In this document: piece by piece, positions 9,771 through 19,368 of the stretch
Layout: each line of letters starts with the position of its first letter
How positions within the stretch are numbered: the first letter of the stretch is position 1
Assembly: GCA_043808285.1 (NCBI GenBank)
Contig: JAZDFA010000015.1
Coordinates: forward strand, 46,085-110,084
Length of the DNA stretch: 64,000 nt
Reading direction: 5' to 3'
DNA from: an archaeon
GTDB lineage: Archaea > Nanobdellota > Nanobdellia > Pacearchaeales > DTIR01
Translations under genes and position numbers: made by a program
Notes under the pieces: generated by a model
What the model saw: only the letters and a program-made list of their open reading frames with translations
Database searches by the model: none
What the model was told of the DNA's origin: nothing

Positions 9771-10730
9771 ATGACAAAATCATTTATAACAGGAATATCT
9801 GGATTTGCCGGAAGCCATCTTACAGAACTACTTTTGAAAGAAGGGCACGAGGTTACTGGTTTTTTAAGACCTAGAAGCGATATAGATAATATTAAACATT
9901 TACAAAAAGACATAATGCTGTTAGATGGAGATATTCTTGATCCTCATTCTATTGAACTGGCAATAAACGAAGCTCAACCAGATTATGTTTTTCATCTTGC
10001 AGGGCAAAGCTTTGTGCCTCAGTCATGGAGAGCTCCTGCAAACACAATGGAAATAAATGCGGTGGGCACTATAAATTTGCTTGAAGCAATAAAAAAACAA
10101 ACTTCTAAAAAAATAAGAGTCCAGATTGCTGGCAGTTCAGAGGAGTATGGTTATGTGTCTCCAGAAGAGATACCCATAAAAGAAACAAACCCTCTAAGAC
10201 CTCAATCTCCATATGGAGTAAGCAAGGTTGCAGAAGACTTATTGGCAGTGCAATACCATCGTTCATATGGCATAGAAACAATAGTTACTAGGGGATTTAA
10301 TCATGAAGGCCCTAGAAGGGGAAAAGATTTTGTAACAAGCACTTTTGCAAGACAGATTGTAGAAATAGAAAGAGGCAGGGAGCCTATTATCTATGTGGGG
10401 AATTTAAATGCTAAAAGAGATTTCACCGATGTAAGGGATATGGTAAGGGGGTATTTATGCGCAGTAGAAAAAGGTAAAGCTGGCGAACAGTATAATCTAT
10501 GTTCTAATAAGGCGCATTCAATCCAGGAGATGTTAGATATTATGCTAAGCTACTCTAATATGAAAGATAAAATAGAGATTAAACAAGACCCTAAAAGAAT
10601 GAGACCCAGCGATGTTCCTCTGCTTTATGGCTCATATGAAAAATTCAAAAAAGAAACAGGATGGGAACCAGAGATACCATTGGAAAAAACATTAAAAGAT
10701 TTACTTGATTATTGGAGAGAAAAGAGATAA
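9771..10730 (+). CDS. GDP-mannose 4,6-dehydratase / GDP-4-keto-6-deoxymannose reductase (Gmd/Rmd) family SDR
   Basis: ITGISGFAGSHL, HLAGQSFV, GSSEEYG, SPYGVSK, FNHEGPRRG, RDFTDVRD. Confidence 0.88.
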   Translation: MTKSFITGISGFAGSHLTELLLKEGHEVTGFLRPRSDIDNIKHLQKDIMLLDGDILDPHSIELAINEAQPDYVFHLAGQSFVPQSWRAPANTMEINAVGTINLLEAIKKQTSKKIRVQIAGSSEEYGYVSPEEIPIKETNPLRPQSPYGVSKVAEDLLAVQYHRSYGIETIVTRGFNHEGPRRGKDFVTSTFARQIVEIERGREPIIYVGNLNAKRDFTDVRDMVRGYLCAVEKGKAGEQYNLCSNKAHSIQEMLDIMLSYSNMKDKIEIKQDPKRMRPSDVPLLYGSYEKFKKETGWEPEIPLEKTLKDLLDYWREKR

Positions 10731-10837
10731 GTAACCAGGATTGGACCAGACAACGCACCACTTCTTTTGATTTTAGCGAGATTTAATCGTAACATTCTTG
10801 AGTGTAACAAAAGATTTCCAACAAGAGCTAATTTTAT

Positions 10838-10963
10838 AAAATCAAAAAGTTGCTGAGTTTACCACACCCTAAAGGGCGTGGTTTGTGTGCAACTTTAGGA
10901 TGCTCAAGAACACGCGACTACACACTTCAAGTGTGTAGTTTTGGTCAAGTGTTCTTGACATAA
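10838..10963. mobile_element. Non-autonomous palindromic element (copy B), two nested stem-loops resembling IS200/IS605-end or REP hairpins
   Basis: AAAGTTGC[ACCACACCC-TAAA-GGGCGTGGT]GCAACTTT then CAAGAACAC[ACTACACAC-TTCAA-GTGTGTAGT]GTGTTCTTG. Confidence 0.65.
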
Positions 10964-11062
10964 TAAAACAATATTTTAATATGGACTATGTTAAAAAACT
11001 AATTGAAAAAACAAAAAACCTCAAACAATTCTCTACAGTTATGGGCTTTGTTAAATTTTAAA

Positions 11063-12577
11063 TTATGGGAGGATAATTTCTTTAGAAAATAAACAAGTAT
11101 CTTTATTCATAATTTTGGGATTATATCCACAAACTTTTAAAGTAACACAATCTTGGTTATACCCTATTATCTCTTCAATCTTGAATTTATTTGCAAGATA
11201 AGTAAAGTTCTTGCAGTCTTTTTCTTTCAAGAATTTGTCTAAAGATTGTAAATCATTTATATAATCTGGGGGAGCAACAACAGGATTCCAACCATCAGGA
11301 GTAGAAAGATTGTAGTATATCTGTCCATAAGAATAAAATGCAAGAGGAGAGGTAGGATATGGCATGCTCATAATCCAAAATTTGTCATTTATGCTTATAT
11401 TTGGTAAAATAGAAAGTATTTCTTTATCTACTTCATTATGGACTCTAAAATTAGAGATAACTAATTGTGATGAAACTATAAATCCAATTGGCAGGAGAAT
11501 AAGAGCCAGTTTAATTAATTTGCTTATGCCCTTACCATAAGAATTATGTGGAGTTTTTAATAAAAACAAAAATCCCAAGAAAATGAAAAGCATGTGATAA
11601 GAATCAGGATAGGCTTTATTGATAACTGGGATAAATGCTGCAACCCTTATGAAATAAAGGAAGCTTATAACAAGAGGCACTGTATAAAAAGCAATCTCTT
11701 TTTTTAGCAATTCCCTTTCATTTCTAATACTCTTAAAATAAAAGAGAGCAGTAAAAAATAGGAATAAAGGGACTATAAAGGAAAACACCAAGTCATAAAA
11801 AAAAGTCCTATTGAATACCAGCAGCCTATCCAGCCCGGTTAGAGTGCCTAATAGAGTATGAATTGAGCTTGTTATAAAAGGAAAAAGCCAAAAAGAGGTT
11901 ATTAGTAAAGATATCGCGAAAGATAAAGCAATCATTAATCTTTCTTTTTTATTTTTCAAAATAAAAATTCCAGGAATAAAAAAGGTAGAGAATATCAACC
12001 ACGAAGGTTGTGTGAATATAAGCGAGGAGTAAATTAAAGTAAAAAGCAAGAATCCTGAGAAAGTGATTCTATTGTCTTTAAAGTAAAGAAGCAACGCAAA
12101 GAAGGCAATAAATAAAGTTAATCCAGATAACTCTGGCAATCTGCCAAGTTTAATAAAGTTCCCTATCGCTATTGGATTGGCATAAAAAACAAGATAAAAG
12201 AAAATTGTTTTCGTTATAGAAATTTTTTGCAATTTTCCAACAATAAAGAAAAAAATTAAACCAACCAGATATATAAGAAGATGAGATATAAAAGTAGCCA
12301 CTAATATATTTTCCACTAAATTGTAAATAGGCAGGGTAAAGAAAAACCATCCGGGAGGATATGTAAGAAAAGAGATAAATCCATTATACCAGTTAGGAAC
12401 TAGTTTATGGAAACCATACTGTTTCAATTGATTCAACTGCCCTATATAACTGCTTAGATCATTATTATGATCAAGGGGAAACTGGCTCATTATCTGTGAC
12501 TGATCAAGTATCCTGAATACAAAAAATGCAGCCAAAAGTATTATTGGAATCAAAAGCCACTTGTCAAACTTATCCAT
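11063..12577 (-). CDS. Polytopic membrane protein, GT-C-like (PTPS-related membrane family)
   Basis: Many TM segments; D.SSY..Q, PNWYNG...FLTYPPG, GRLPE. Confidence 0.65.
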   Translation of the reverse strand: MDKFDKWLLIPIILLAAFFVFRILDQSQIMSQFPLDHNNDLSSYIGQLNQLKQYGFHKLVPNWYNGFISFLTYPPGWFFFTLPIYNLVENILVATFISHLLIYLVGLIFFFIVGKLQKISITKTIFFYLVFYANPIAIGNFIKLGRLPELSGLTLFIAFFALLLYFKDNRITFSGFLLFTLIYSSLIFTQPSWLIFSTFFIPGIFILKNKKERLMIALSFAISLLITSFWLFPFITSSIHTLLGTLTGLDRLLVFNRTFFYDLVFSFIVPLFLFFTALFYFKSIRNERELLKKEIAFYTVPLVISFLYFIRVAAFIPVINKAYPDSYHMLFIFLGFLFLLKTPHNSYGKGISKLIKLALILLPIGFIVSSQLVISNFRVHNEVDKEILSILPNISINDKFWIMSMPYPTSPLAFYSYGQIYYNLSTPDGWNPVVAPPDYINDLQSLDKFLKEKDCKNFTYLANKFKIEEIIGYNQDCVTLKVCGYNPKIMNKDTCLFSKEIILP

Positions 12578-12628
12578 TTTATGTTTGTTATTTATATTCT
12601 TTTTAAATTTTCTGTTATCTGCTTATGA

Positions 12629-12715
12629 TTAATTTAACCAAATGAATGTCTTTTTTGAAATTCCTTTTACTAAAATTAAAATTGCAAATATTAACCATCT
12701 ATCTTTTATTTTCAT
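12629..12715 (-). pseudogene. Possible N-terminal remnant of a paralog of the 11063-12577 protein
   Basis: MKIKDRWLIFAILILV... resembles MDKFDKWLLIPIILL...; 28 aa. Confidence 0.35.
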
Positions 12716-12810
12716 TTTCTATATCTAGAGATATTTAAATAATTATTAGATATTACAAACAAGTCTAATAAAAGTATTCTAATATACAAAATTACTGAAA
12801 ATTTTTTATA

Positions 12811-14235
12811 TTAATCATTTTTAAAAAGAGATTTTTTAAGTTTCATTCCCAAAATTAAAAAATTTTTCAATCCAATTTTAGTTGTCTTAAGAGTAAAAAA
12901 GGAATAATTTATTTGGGAAATAAAATCAAAAAATTTGTTGGATGGAATTTTTATTATTTGTTTAATTAAAGGTAACAAAAAAGGAAATCTGACAGATAAA
13001 GAAAAAAATCGTTGTAAATTAATAATTTTATTGATATCCTTCATTTTTAAAGGAGTTTTTCCGAGTTGATATGAATTTCCAAAATCAGCTAATTTGAAAT
13101 CTTTTTTTAAAAAACCATTTTTTATAGCATCTTCTGCAATAAGGGTTTTAGGATATATTCTTAATACAGAACACCATGCAAAATCTGGTTTTAATTTTAT
13201 ATTGAATTCTATTGTTTCCAAAGCATTTTCTAAGGTTTCTTCTGGAATCCCAACCATGTTATATGTTTTGAGATATATTCTATATTTTTTGATTATCTTG
13301 CATGCATTTATTATAACATCATTTGATAAATTTTTATTTAATAATACATTTCTTATATGCTCATTTCCACTTTCAACGCCTAAAGCAATCGTGACGCAAT
13401 TGGCTTCTTTTAGGTGTTTAACAATATCCTCATCTATCAAATCTGCTCTAACTTCACAATTAAAGGGGAGATTTATTTCTTTTTTATATATCCTAAGAAA
13501 ATTTTTTAACCATTTTTTATCTAAAATAAATAAATCATCGTATATCATTAAACTTGAAAGTCCGAATTTTTCTTTAACATATTTTATTTCCTCAATCACT
13601 TTTTTAACACTTTTTTTTCTTACATATTTACCTTTTCCATAATAAAATTTCATAAATTCACTATTAAAACAAAAACTACAATTATATGGGCACCCCCTAA
13701 AAAAAACAAAATCCTTGCTTAGCTGATTTTTTAAAAATTCATATTTATAATAAATAGTCCTATCTGGAATAGGTAATTTATCTAAATCCTCTATTAAATT
13801 CCTGATTTCATTCTTAAAAATTTTATTATTATTTTTAATCCATAAATTTTTAATATTTATAATCTCTTCTCCTTTTTCTAATCTATTTAATAATTCGGTA
13901 ATTGCCCCCTCCCCCTCACCTAAACATATAATATCTACATAATCTTTATTGATTACCTCATCTGGATAAAAAGTTACATAAGGCCCCCCAAATATAATTA
14001 AGGATTTAACTTCTTTTTTAATTTTTTTTGCTAAATCAATCTCTTTTCTTTCTAATCCGGCAATTACTGAAAATCCAATTAAATCTGGCTGAATTTTTTT
14101 TAATTGTTCAATCAAATTTTTTTCTTCTGATGCTATAAATAAATCAACCTTATGACCTGATTTCTTTAAGCATGCTGACATACTCATTATACCAACTCTT
14201 GTAAATGGATCTGATTGTATAAATACTATTTTCAT
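12811..14235 (-). CDS. B12-binding radical SAM protein
   Basis: MKIVFIQ start at 14235; GGPYVT, GEGE, RGCPYNCSFC, GVESG, NMVGIPEE; visibly very AT-rich. Confidence 0.9.
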   Translation of the reverse strand: MKIVFIQSDPFTRVGIMSMSACLKKSGHKVDLFIASEEKNLIEQLKKIQPDLIGFSVIAGLERKEIDLAKKIKKEVKSLIIFGGPYVTFYPDEVINKDYVDIICLGEGEGAITELLNRLEKGEEIINIKNLWIKNNNKIFKNEIRNLIEDLDKLPIPDRTIYYKYEFLKNQLSKDFVFFRGCPYNCSFCFNSEFMKFYYGKGKYVRKKSVKKVIEEIKYVKEKFGLSSLMIYDDLFILDKKWLKNFLRIYKKEINLPFNCEVRADLIDEDIVKHLKEANCVTIALGVESGNEHIRNVLLNKNLSNDVIINACKIIKKYRIYLKTYNMVGIPEETLENALETIEFNIKLKPDFAWCSVLRIYPKTLIAEDAIKNGFLKKDFKLADFGNSYQLGKTPLKMKDINKIINLQRFFSLSVRFPFLLPLIKQIIKIPSNKFFDFISQINYSFFTLKTTKIGLKNFLILGMKLKKSLFKND

Positions 14236-14441
14236 TTTATTTTCCATCTGTCGCAATAGAAACATTTTGAATTGCATTTAAAGGTTATATCAAAAGCCAC
14301 AAATAATGGACCTCTTGGCAGAGGTCTGTTTGAGATATAGAACAAGGAATTTGCAAATAAGGTGGCAGATCCTCTGATAAAACTAGAGCCATATCTCCCC
14401 CATATATCATTCGCTTCCAGTATTGTCTTAAGAAAGGACAT
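14232..14441 (-). pseudogene. Truncated radical SAM gene (N-terminus only)
   Basis: ...GPLFVAFDITFKCNSKCFYCDRWKIK*: stops six codons after CX3CX2C. Confidence 0.7.
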
Positions 14442-14758
14442 TTTAATAAAGTAGTATCGATTCACCCTAAAACTCTAGACATTTTATATAGTTTTCTATG
14501 GCTTTTTGGCTTTTTAGTAAGCTTTAAATAATAAGCCTTTTTTAGAGAAGTTAATCGCTTTTTCGATTAAAAGAAATCTGATAAACCGCTTTATTCTGAA
14601 AAACTAGTAGGGCATAGGAATCCATACCACTCCATTCTATAATCTCTTATTTTATCTGGTATATTTATAATACTGCTGATAAATTATATTATAACTAAAA
14701 GAACTAAAATAGAACAGGAAGTCACAAGATTTAAAAGAAGAAGGCATACATTATTTTT

Positions 14759-15592
14759 ATGAATAAGATAAGAATCGGAGTAATTCCTGCAGCTGGAAAG
14801 GGAGGTAGAATAAGTCCTCTTTCTAAGATACTCCCAAAACCAATGATCCCAGTATTAGATCAGCCTATTCTAGAATTTGTAATAAAAAGAATGGTATATG
14901 AATTTGGCATTGAAGAAGTGTATCTTATAGTTGGCCATATGTCTGATGTTATAAAAAATTATTTTAAAGATGGAAAAGAAATAGGTATAAAGATAAAGTA
15001 TGTATACCAAAACGATCCCAAGGGTATCGCCCAGGCCATAGGCCTAACTGAAAAATACATAAAAGAGCCATTTATGGTTATGTTGGGGGATGATTTTACA
15101 ATAGGATCTACAAAAGAATTAATGAACACTTTCTTCAAAAAAAATGCTTATGTTGTAGAGGCGATGATTAATGAAGAAGACAAAACAACACTAAAAAGAA
15201 CTTGCTGCGCTAGAATAAATAATGAAAAAAAGATAGAAGAGATTATAGAAAAACCAAAAAATCCTATATCAAATATACGGGGTTGCGGCATTTATATTTT
15301 TGACCCCATAGTATTTGATTATCTGAAAAAAATGCCTGCAAGTGCTGAAGAAAAAGGGATAACCGAAATTATAAGAGAGATTTCAAAAGACGGAAAGGCA
15401 TATGGGGAGCTATTAAAAGGTGTTAATGTGAATATAAACACAAAAGAAGATCTCTTTTTAGCAAATCTTATTCTTGCGCATATACTTGAAAAAGAAAAAA
15501 AGATAGATATGGAAAAAATTAAAAGATTCTTGGAAAGAAAATACAATGAGAATAATAACAGTTTTTTTAAAAAGATGGGAATTATAAAGTAA
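14759..15592 (+). CDS. Sugar-phosphate nucleotidyltransferase (RmlA-like)
   Basis: IPAAGKGGRI.PL...PKPM, Q..PKGIAQA, LGDD, IEKP. Confidence 0.88.
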   Translation: MNKIRIGVIPAAGKGGRISPLSKILPKPMIPVLDQPILEFVIKRMVYEFGIEEVYLIVGHMSDVIKNYFKDGKEIGIKIKYVYQNDPKGIAQAIGLTEKYIKEPFMVMLGDDFTIGSTKELMNTFFKKNAYVVEAMINEEDKTTLKRTCCARINNEKKIEEIIEKPKNPISNIRGCGIYIFDPIVFDYLKKMPASAEEKGITEIIREISKDGKAYGELLKGVNVNINTKEDLFLANLILAHILEKEKKIDMEKIKRFLERKYNENNNSFFKKMGIIK

Positions 15593-15625
15593 GGTGTACT
15601 AACAAAAAAATAAGCGGGAGATGCC

Positions 15626-16267
15626 ATGAAATCAAAAAAAACAATTTATTTAGATAATGAAAAGAGAGAAGAAATGATGGCAGATCTGGAGCCTCATAAA
15701 GGTTGTTATTATTCAAAAAATCCTTTGCAAAAGAAGCTCCACTGGGAGAGAGTAAGGAATATAAAAAAATTATGCGGAGTGATAAAGGACAAAAAGATAT
15801 TAGATGTGGGAACTGGGGATGGATTCATGCTTAGAGAGCTAAAATGCAAAAAGCTCTATGCTATTGACATTTCAAAAAAAAGATGTATGCGAGCTAGAAA
15901 AATTGTGCCACATGCAAATATTTCCATACAGGATATGCACAAAACAAACTTTAAAGATAATTCTTTTGACGGGATTATATGTGCAGATGTACTGGAACAT
16001 GTGACTAACATAGATATTGCAATAAAAGAGCTTCTAAGAATAACAAAAAAAGGAGGGTTCATTGTTGTATGTGTACCAAACCAAATAGTCTATCTTATAT
16101 TAAGGGCAATTTTTTTAAAATTCCCATTAAATCCAGACCATATAAACTCTATAACTCCTAACTCTATAATCCGGCTATTCAAGTTAAAACCTATTAAATC
16201 ATGCAATATCCCTAACTTTTCCTATCCCTTTTGCATAAATCAATTATACAAGTTTACAAAAATGTAA
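15626..16267 (+). CDS. Class I SAM-dependent methyltransferase
   Basis: LDVGTGDG, DNSFDGIICADVLEHV. Confidence 0.88.
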   Translation: MKSKKTIYLDNEKREEMMADLEPHKGCYYSKNPLQKKLHWERVRNIKKLCGVIKDKKILDVGTGDGFMLRELKCKKLYAIDISKKRCMRARKIVPHANISIQDMHKTNFKDNSFDGIICADVLEHVTNIDIAIKELLRITKKGGFIVVCVPNQIVYLILRAIFLKFPLNPDHINSITPNSIIRLFKLKPIKSCNIPNFSYPFCINQLYKFTKM

Positions 16268-16285
16268 AAAGACTGGAGCTAAAAA

Positions 16286-17905
16286 TTAAAAACAGCTATA
16301 TACAAAATAAATCCCAAACTTTTCTCTTATAGTACAATTAGTGATTATATAATCATGAACTAGTGGGGCATATTCAGAAAATAGTACATTGTCTAATGGC
16401 CATCCATGTCCATAGATTATAAATTTTGGTTTATTTTTTTCTAGTGTATTTATAATATCTATCTGGTCTTCTGTGTCATGATGTCCTGGTAAAAATACTG
16501 GATATTTAACTGGGGTGTCTCTATCAGTCAAAAAATAAAACATTGATTCATAAGGAACTGCGAATATGTAATCTCCTTTGCGAGTATTATTTTCTATAAA
16601 TAAAACAGTATTTCTTATATCTTCTGCAGGGGTAGTCCTAGAATAGATGTCTTTAGCTCTGTCAAGATTCAATTTTCCATATTGCGCTTTATTCTTTAAG
16701 ATTAGAAAATTGGACTCCTGGGAATTTAATATAAAGTTTATAACCAATTGTCCGTATATCATCAGAATAAACAAGATAAATATGCAAAAAAATGTGAGGA
16801 TTCTTTTCCCGAAATTACTCTTGATTTTCAAATAAATGTCTCTTAATATTGGACCGCTTAGCATGATAGCTGGAATCATTGTCTGGAGAAGATCTGGTAG
16901 CTCAAATCTTGCGATAGTTCTCATAAAAGAGATCAAACCAAAAACAAGCAAGATAAGACAAGAATAGTCTCCTTCACAATTATTTTTAAAGGACTCTTTA
17001 AATCTTTTAAAAGAGAGTATATAAATAACTAACAGATAAAAGAATACAAGATACAAAAATAATGTATTTACTAAATAGACTAGTGCATGCAGAGACTGTA
17101 ATTTTATAAAATCCTTAAAATAAAAGATTATATCTGGGGGAGAAAATCCCATTGTCTTGGGATAAACTGCCAAAGGATAGTAAACTAAATAATAAAAAAA
17201 TTGTTTAATTGCATCATTTTTATAAAAGAAATAAATAATAGGTAAAATAACTACTAAAATACCCATTACAAAGAATAAAAGATGATAAAAAATATTTTTC
17301 TTCATACTAATTTTATTAAGATTAACTCTCGCAGTATAGATTCTATAAAGAATAAAAAAGAACACAGAAACAAATAACGCCGCCCCATACTCTTGAGAGA
17401 CCATAGTTGAAAAGCCTACTAAAAACCCTATCATAAAGGAGTGCCAATAAATCTTCTTGTTATTCTTAAAATTAAATAAATCAAAGATTATTGCAAAAAG
17501 AATAGCAATATAAGGAAATAGTAATCTTTCATTTTTAAGTGAAGTAAAAAAGATATAAAGAAGAGAAGATGCTAAAGAGAATGAGATCTTATTTGTAATC
17601 TTCAGAGTTATCAAAAATATAACTACTGCTAAAAGTGAACCAATTAAGAGATAATAAAGTCTCTCGACAAAAATATTGAATCCAAACATCTTCATAAAAA
17701 AACCAGGCAAATAAAATTGTCCGGGGGCATGGCCAAATGAAACAAAATCTCTAAATAACACCTTCCCCTCCATTACTTGTTTAGCGCCATATGCATAGTA
17801 CCCTTCACCCAGCATACTTATACCATAGGGCAAAAAATAGAGATAATAAAAAAAAGATAAAGAAAAAATAAATATTGCAATTGCAAAAAGAGATAATTTC
17901 TTCAT
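16286..17905 (-). CDS. Polytopic membrane protein, GT-C (ArnT/PMT-like) glycosyltransferase
   Basis: Start MKKLSL at 17905; GEGYYAYGA..V.EG.V.FRDF...H.PG loop after TM1; many TM helices; soluble C-terminal domain. Confidence 0.7.
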   Translation of the reverse strand: MKKLSLFAIAIFIFSLSFFYYLYFLPYGISMLGEGYYAYGAKQVMEGKVLFRDFVSFGHAPGQFYLPGFFMKMFGFNIFVERLYYLLIGSLLAVVIFLITLKITNKISFSLASSLLYIFFTSLKNERLLFPYIAILFAIIFDLFNFKNNKKIYWHSFMIGFLVGFSTMVSQEYGAALFVSVFFFILYRIYTARVNLNKISMKKNIFYHLLFFVMGILVVILPIIYFFYKNDAIKQFFYYLVYYPLAVYPKTMGFSPPDIIFYFKDFIKLQSLHALVYLVNTLFLYLVFFYLLVIYILSFKRFKESFKNNCEGDYSCLILLVFGLISFMRTIARFELPDLLQTMIPAIMLSGPILRDIYLKIKSNFGKRILTFFCIFILFILMIYGQLVINFILNSQESNFLILKNKAQYGKLNLDRAKDIYSRTTPAEDIRNTVLFIENNTRKGDYIFAVPYESMFYFLTDRDTPVKYPVFLPGHHDTEDQIDIINTLEKNKPKFIIYGHGWPLDNVLFSEYAPLVHDYIITNCTIREKFGIYFVYSCF

Positions 17906-17929
17906 ACTAAAATTAATACCACAGAAACC

Positions 17930-17939
17930 TATATAAATA
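17930..17939. promoter_or_regulatory. Putative shared TATA element of divergent genes
   Basis: TATATAAATA between divergent starts at 17905 and 17959. Confidence 0.45.
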
Positions 17940-17958
17940 TATCCTTCATTTTTGAGAG

Positions 17959-18660
17959 ATGCAACGAAAAATTTCAATTGTAATACCCACTTACAATGAA
18001 GCACTTAACATAAAAATATTAATAAGCGAAATTTTTTCTGAATTAAAAAAAGCAAAAATTAGTGGAGAATTGATCATAGTGGACGATAATAGCCCGGATG
18101 GTACCGGAAAAATTGCTGACAAACTTTCAAAAAAATATAATATCAAAGTTATACATCGGGCCGGCAAATTAGGTTTAGGATCTGCTGTTTCAGAAGGTTT
18201 CAAAAAAGCAAAAAATAAGATTATAGGTGTAATGGATGCTGATCTAAGTCATCCTCCCAAAATAATACCTAAATTAGCAGAACCACTAATAAAAGATGAA
18301 GCAGACTTTGTAATTGGAAGTAGGTATGAACGTGGCGGAGGAATAGAAAAATGGCCCTTGCACAGAAAGATGGTATCGAATATAGCAAAACTTATGTCAA
18401 GACCTCTTACTAATGCTGGCGATCCAATGAGTGGGTTTTTCTTCCTAAAAAAAGACATCTTAAAGGGAGTAAATCTGCAACACAAAGGATATAAAATTTG
18501 TTTAGAGATACTAGTAAAGGCGAAATACAAAAAATTAAAAGAAGTTCCTTATATATTCAGAAACCGAGAAATAGGGCAAAGCAAACTAGGAATTGGAGAA
18601 TACAAGAATTACATAAAAAATCTATTTAGCCTTCTATTATATAAAATAACAAAAAAATGA
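17959..18660 (+). CDS. Polyprenol-phosphate mannose synthase (DPM1-like GT2)
   Basis: VIPTYNEA, VDDNSPDGT, GLGSA, MDADLSHPP, DPMSGFF. Confidence 0.92.
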   Translation: MQRKISIVIPTYNEALNIKILISEIFSELKKAKISGELIIVDDNSPDGTGKIADKLSKKYNIKVIHRAGKLGLGSAVSEGFKKAKNKIIGVMDADLSHPPKIIPKLAEPLIKDEADFVIGSRYERGGGIEKWPLHRKMVSNIAKLMSRPLTNAGDPMSGFFFLKKDILKGVNLQHKGYKICLEILVKAKYKKLKEVPYIFRNREIGQSKLGIGEYKNYIKNLFSLLLYKITKK

Positions 18661-18670
18661 ATTTTCCTAA

Positions 18671-19339
18671 ATGAAAATGAAGTTTGTGATACCCAAAAGA
18701 GAATTACTTGTCAAATCTTATATTGGAGACTCTGTTGATCTCTATTACTCAAAAATAACTCCTATAAGAAGTATAATACTTTCAAGAGTAACTAAAACGC
18801 TATCTCTATTAAATAAAAAGAGATACAGCAAGATACTAGAGATAGGCGTAGGTTCAGGATTTACTATCCCCTATCTTGCATCAATCTCAAATAAAGTATA
18901 TGCTACCGATATACACTCACTTATTTCTAAATTAGAACCGCTTCTAAGATACTGTAAGATTAATGACAAAGTAGTGTTAAAAAAATGTAGTGCTGAAAAA
19001 ATGCCATTCAAATCAAAAAGTTTTGATGCAATTATAGGCATATCAGTCCTAGAACATCTAAAAAATCCAGAAATAGGTATAAAAGAAATAAAAAGAGTGT
19101 TAAAAAAAGAAGGAGAAGCAGTATTTGGATTCCCAATCGAAAGTATATTAAACAAGATTTTATTTAAGATACTTGAATTAGTCAAAGCCCATGAACCTGG
19201 AGACCACAAACAACATGCTGCAGAGATTATCCAGATACTTGAAAAATACTTTGTTATAGAAAAAATTGAAGACATGCCCAAATTTTTACCAAAGAGTCTA
19301 AGACTTTATAAAATGGTAAGATGCAGAGCAAAAAAATAA
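18671..19339 (+). CDS. Class I SAM-dependent methyltransferase
   Basis: LEIGVGSG, MPFKSKSFDAI, VLEHL. Confidence 0.88.
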   Translation: MKMKFVIPKRELLVKSYIGDSVDLYYSKITPIRSIILSRVTKTLSLLNKKRYSKILEIGVGSGFTIPYLASISNKVYATDIHSLISKLEPLLRYCKINDKVVLKKCSAEKMPFKSKSFDAIIGISVLEHLKNPEIGIKEIKRVLKKEGEAVFGFPIESILNKILFKILELVKAHEPGDHKQHAAEIIQILEKYFVIEKIEDMPKFLPKSLRLYKMVRCRAKK

Positions 19340-19368
19340 ATTGTAGATCAGTTGAGACATCTTAAAAA

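Noticed and set aside
9415..10963. Possible CRISPR array
   Set aside because: Only two dispersed copies, no regular repeat-spacer period and no cas genes.
10981..11061. 26-aa ORF MDYVKKLIEK... after element B, considered as a RiPP precursor
   Set aside because: No Cys or leader features and no supporting context.
13094..13642. 182-aa antisense ORF, and similar ones such as 54793-55392 and 62152-62691
   Set aside because: Shadow frames opposite well-supported genes, with no motifs.
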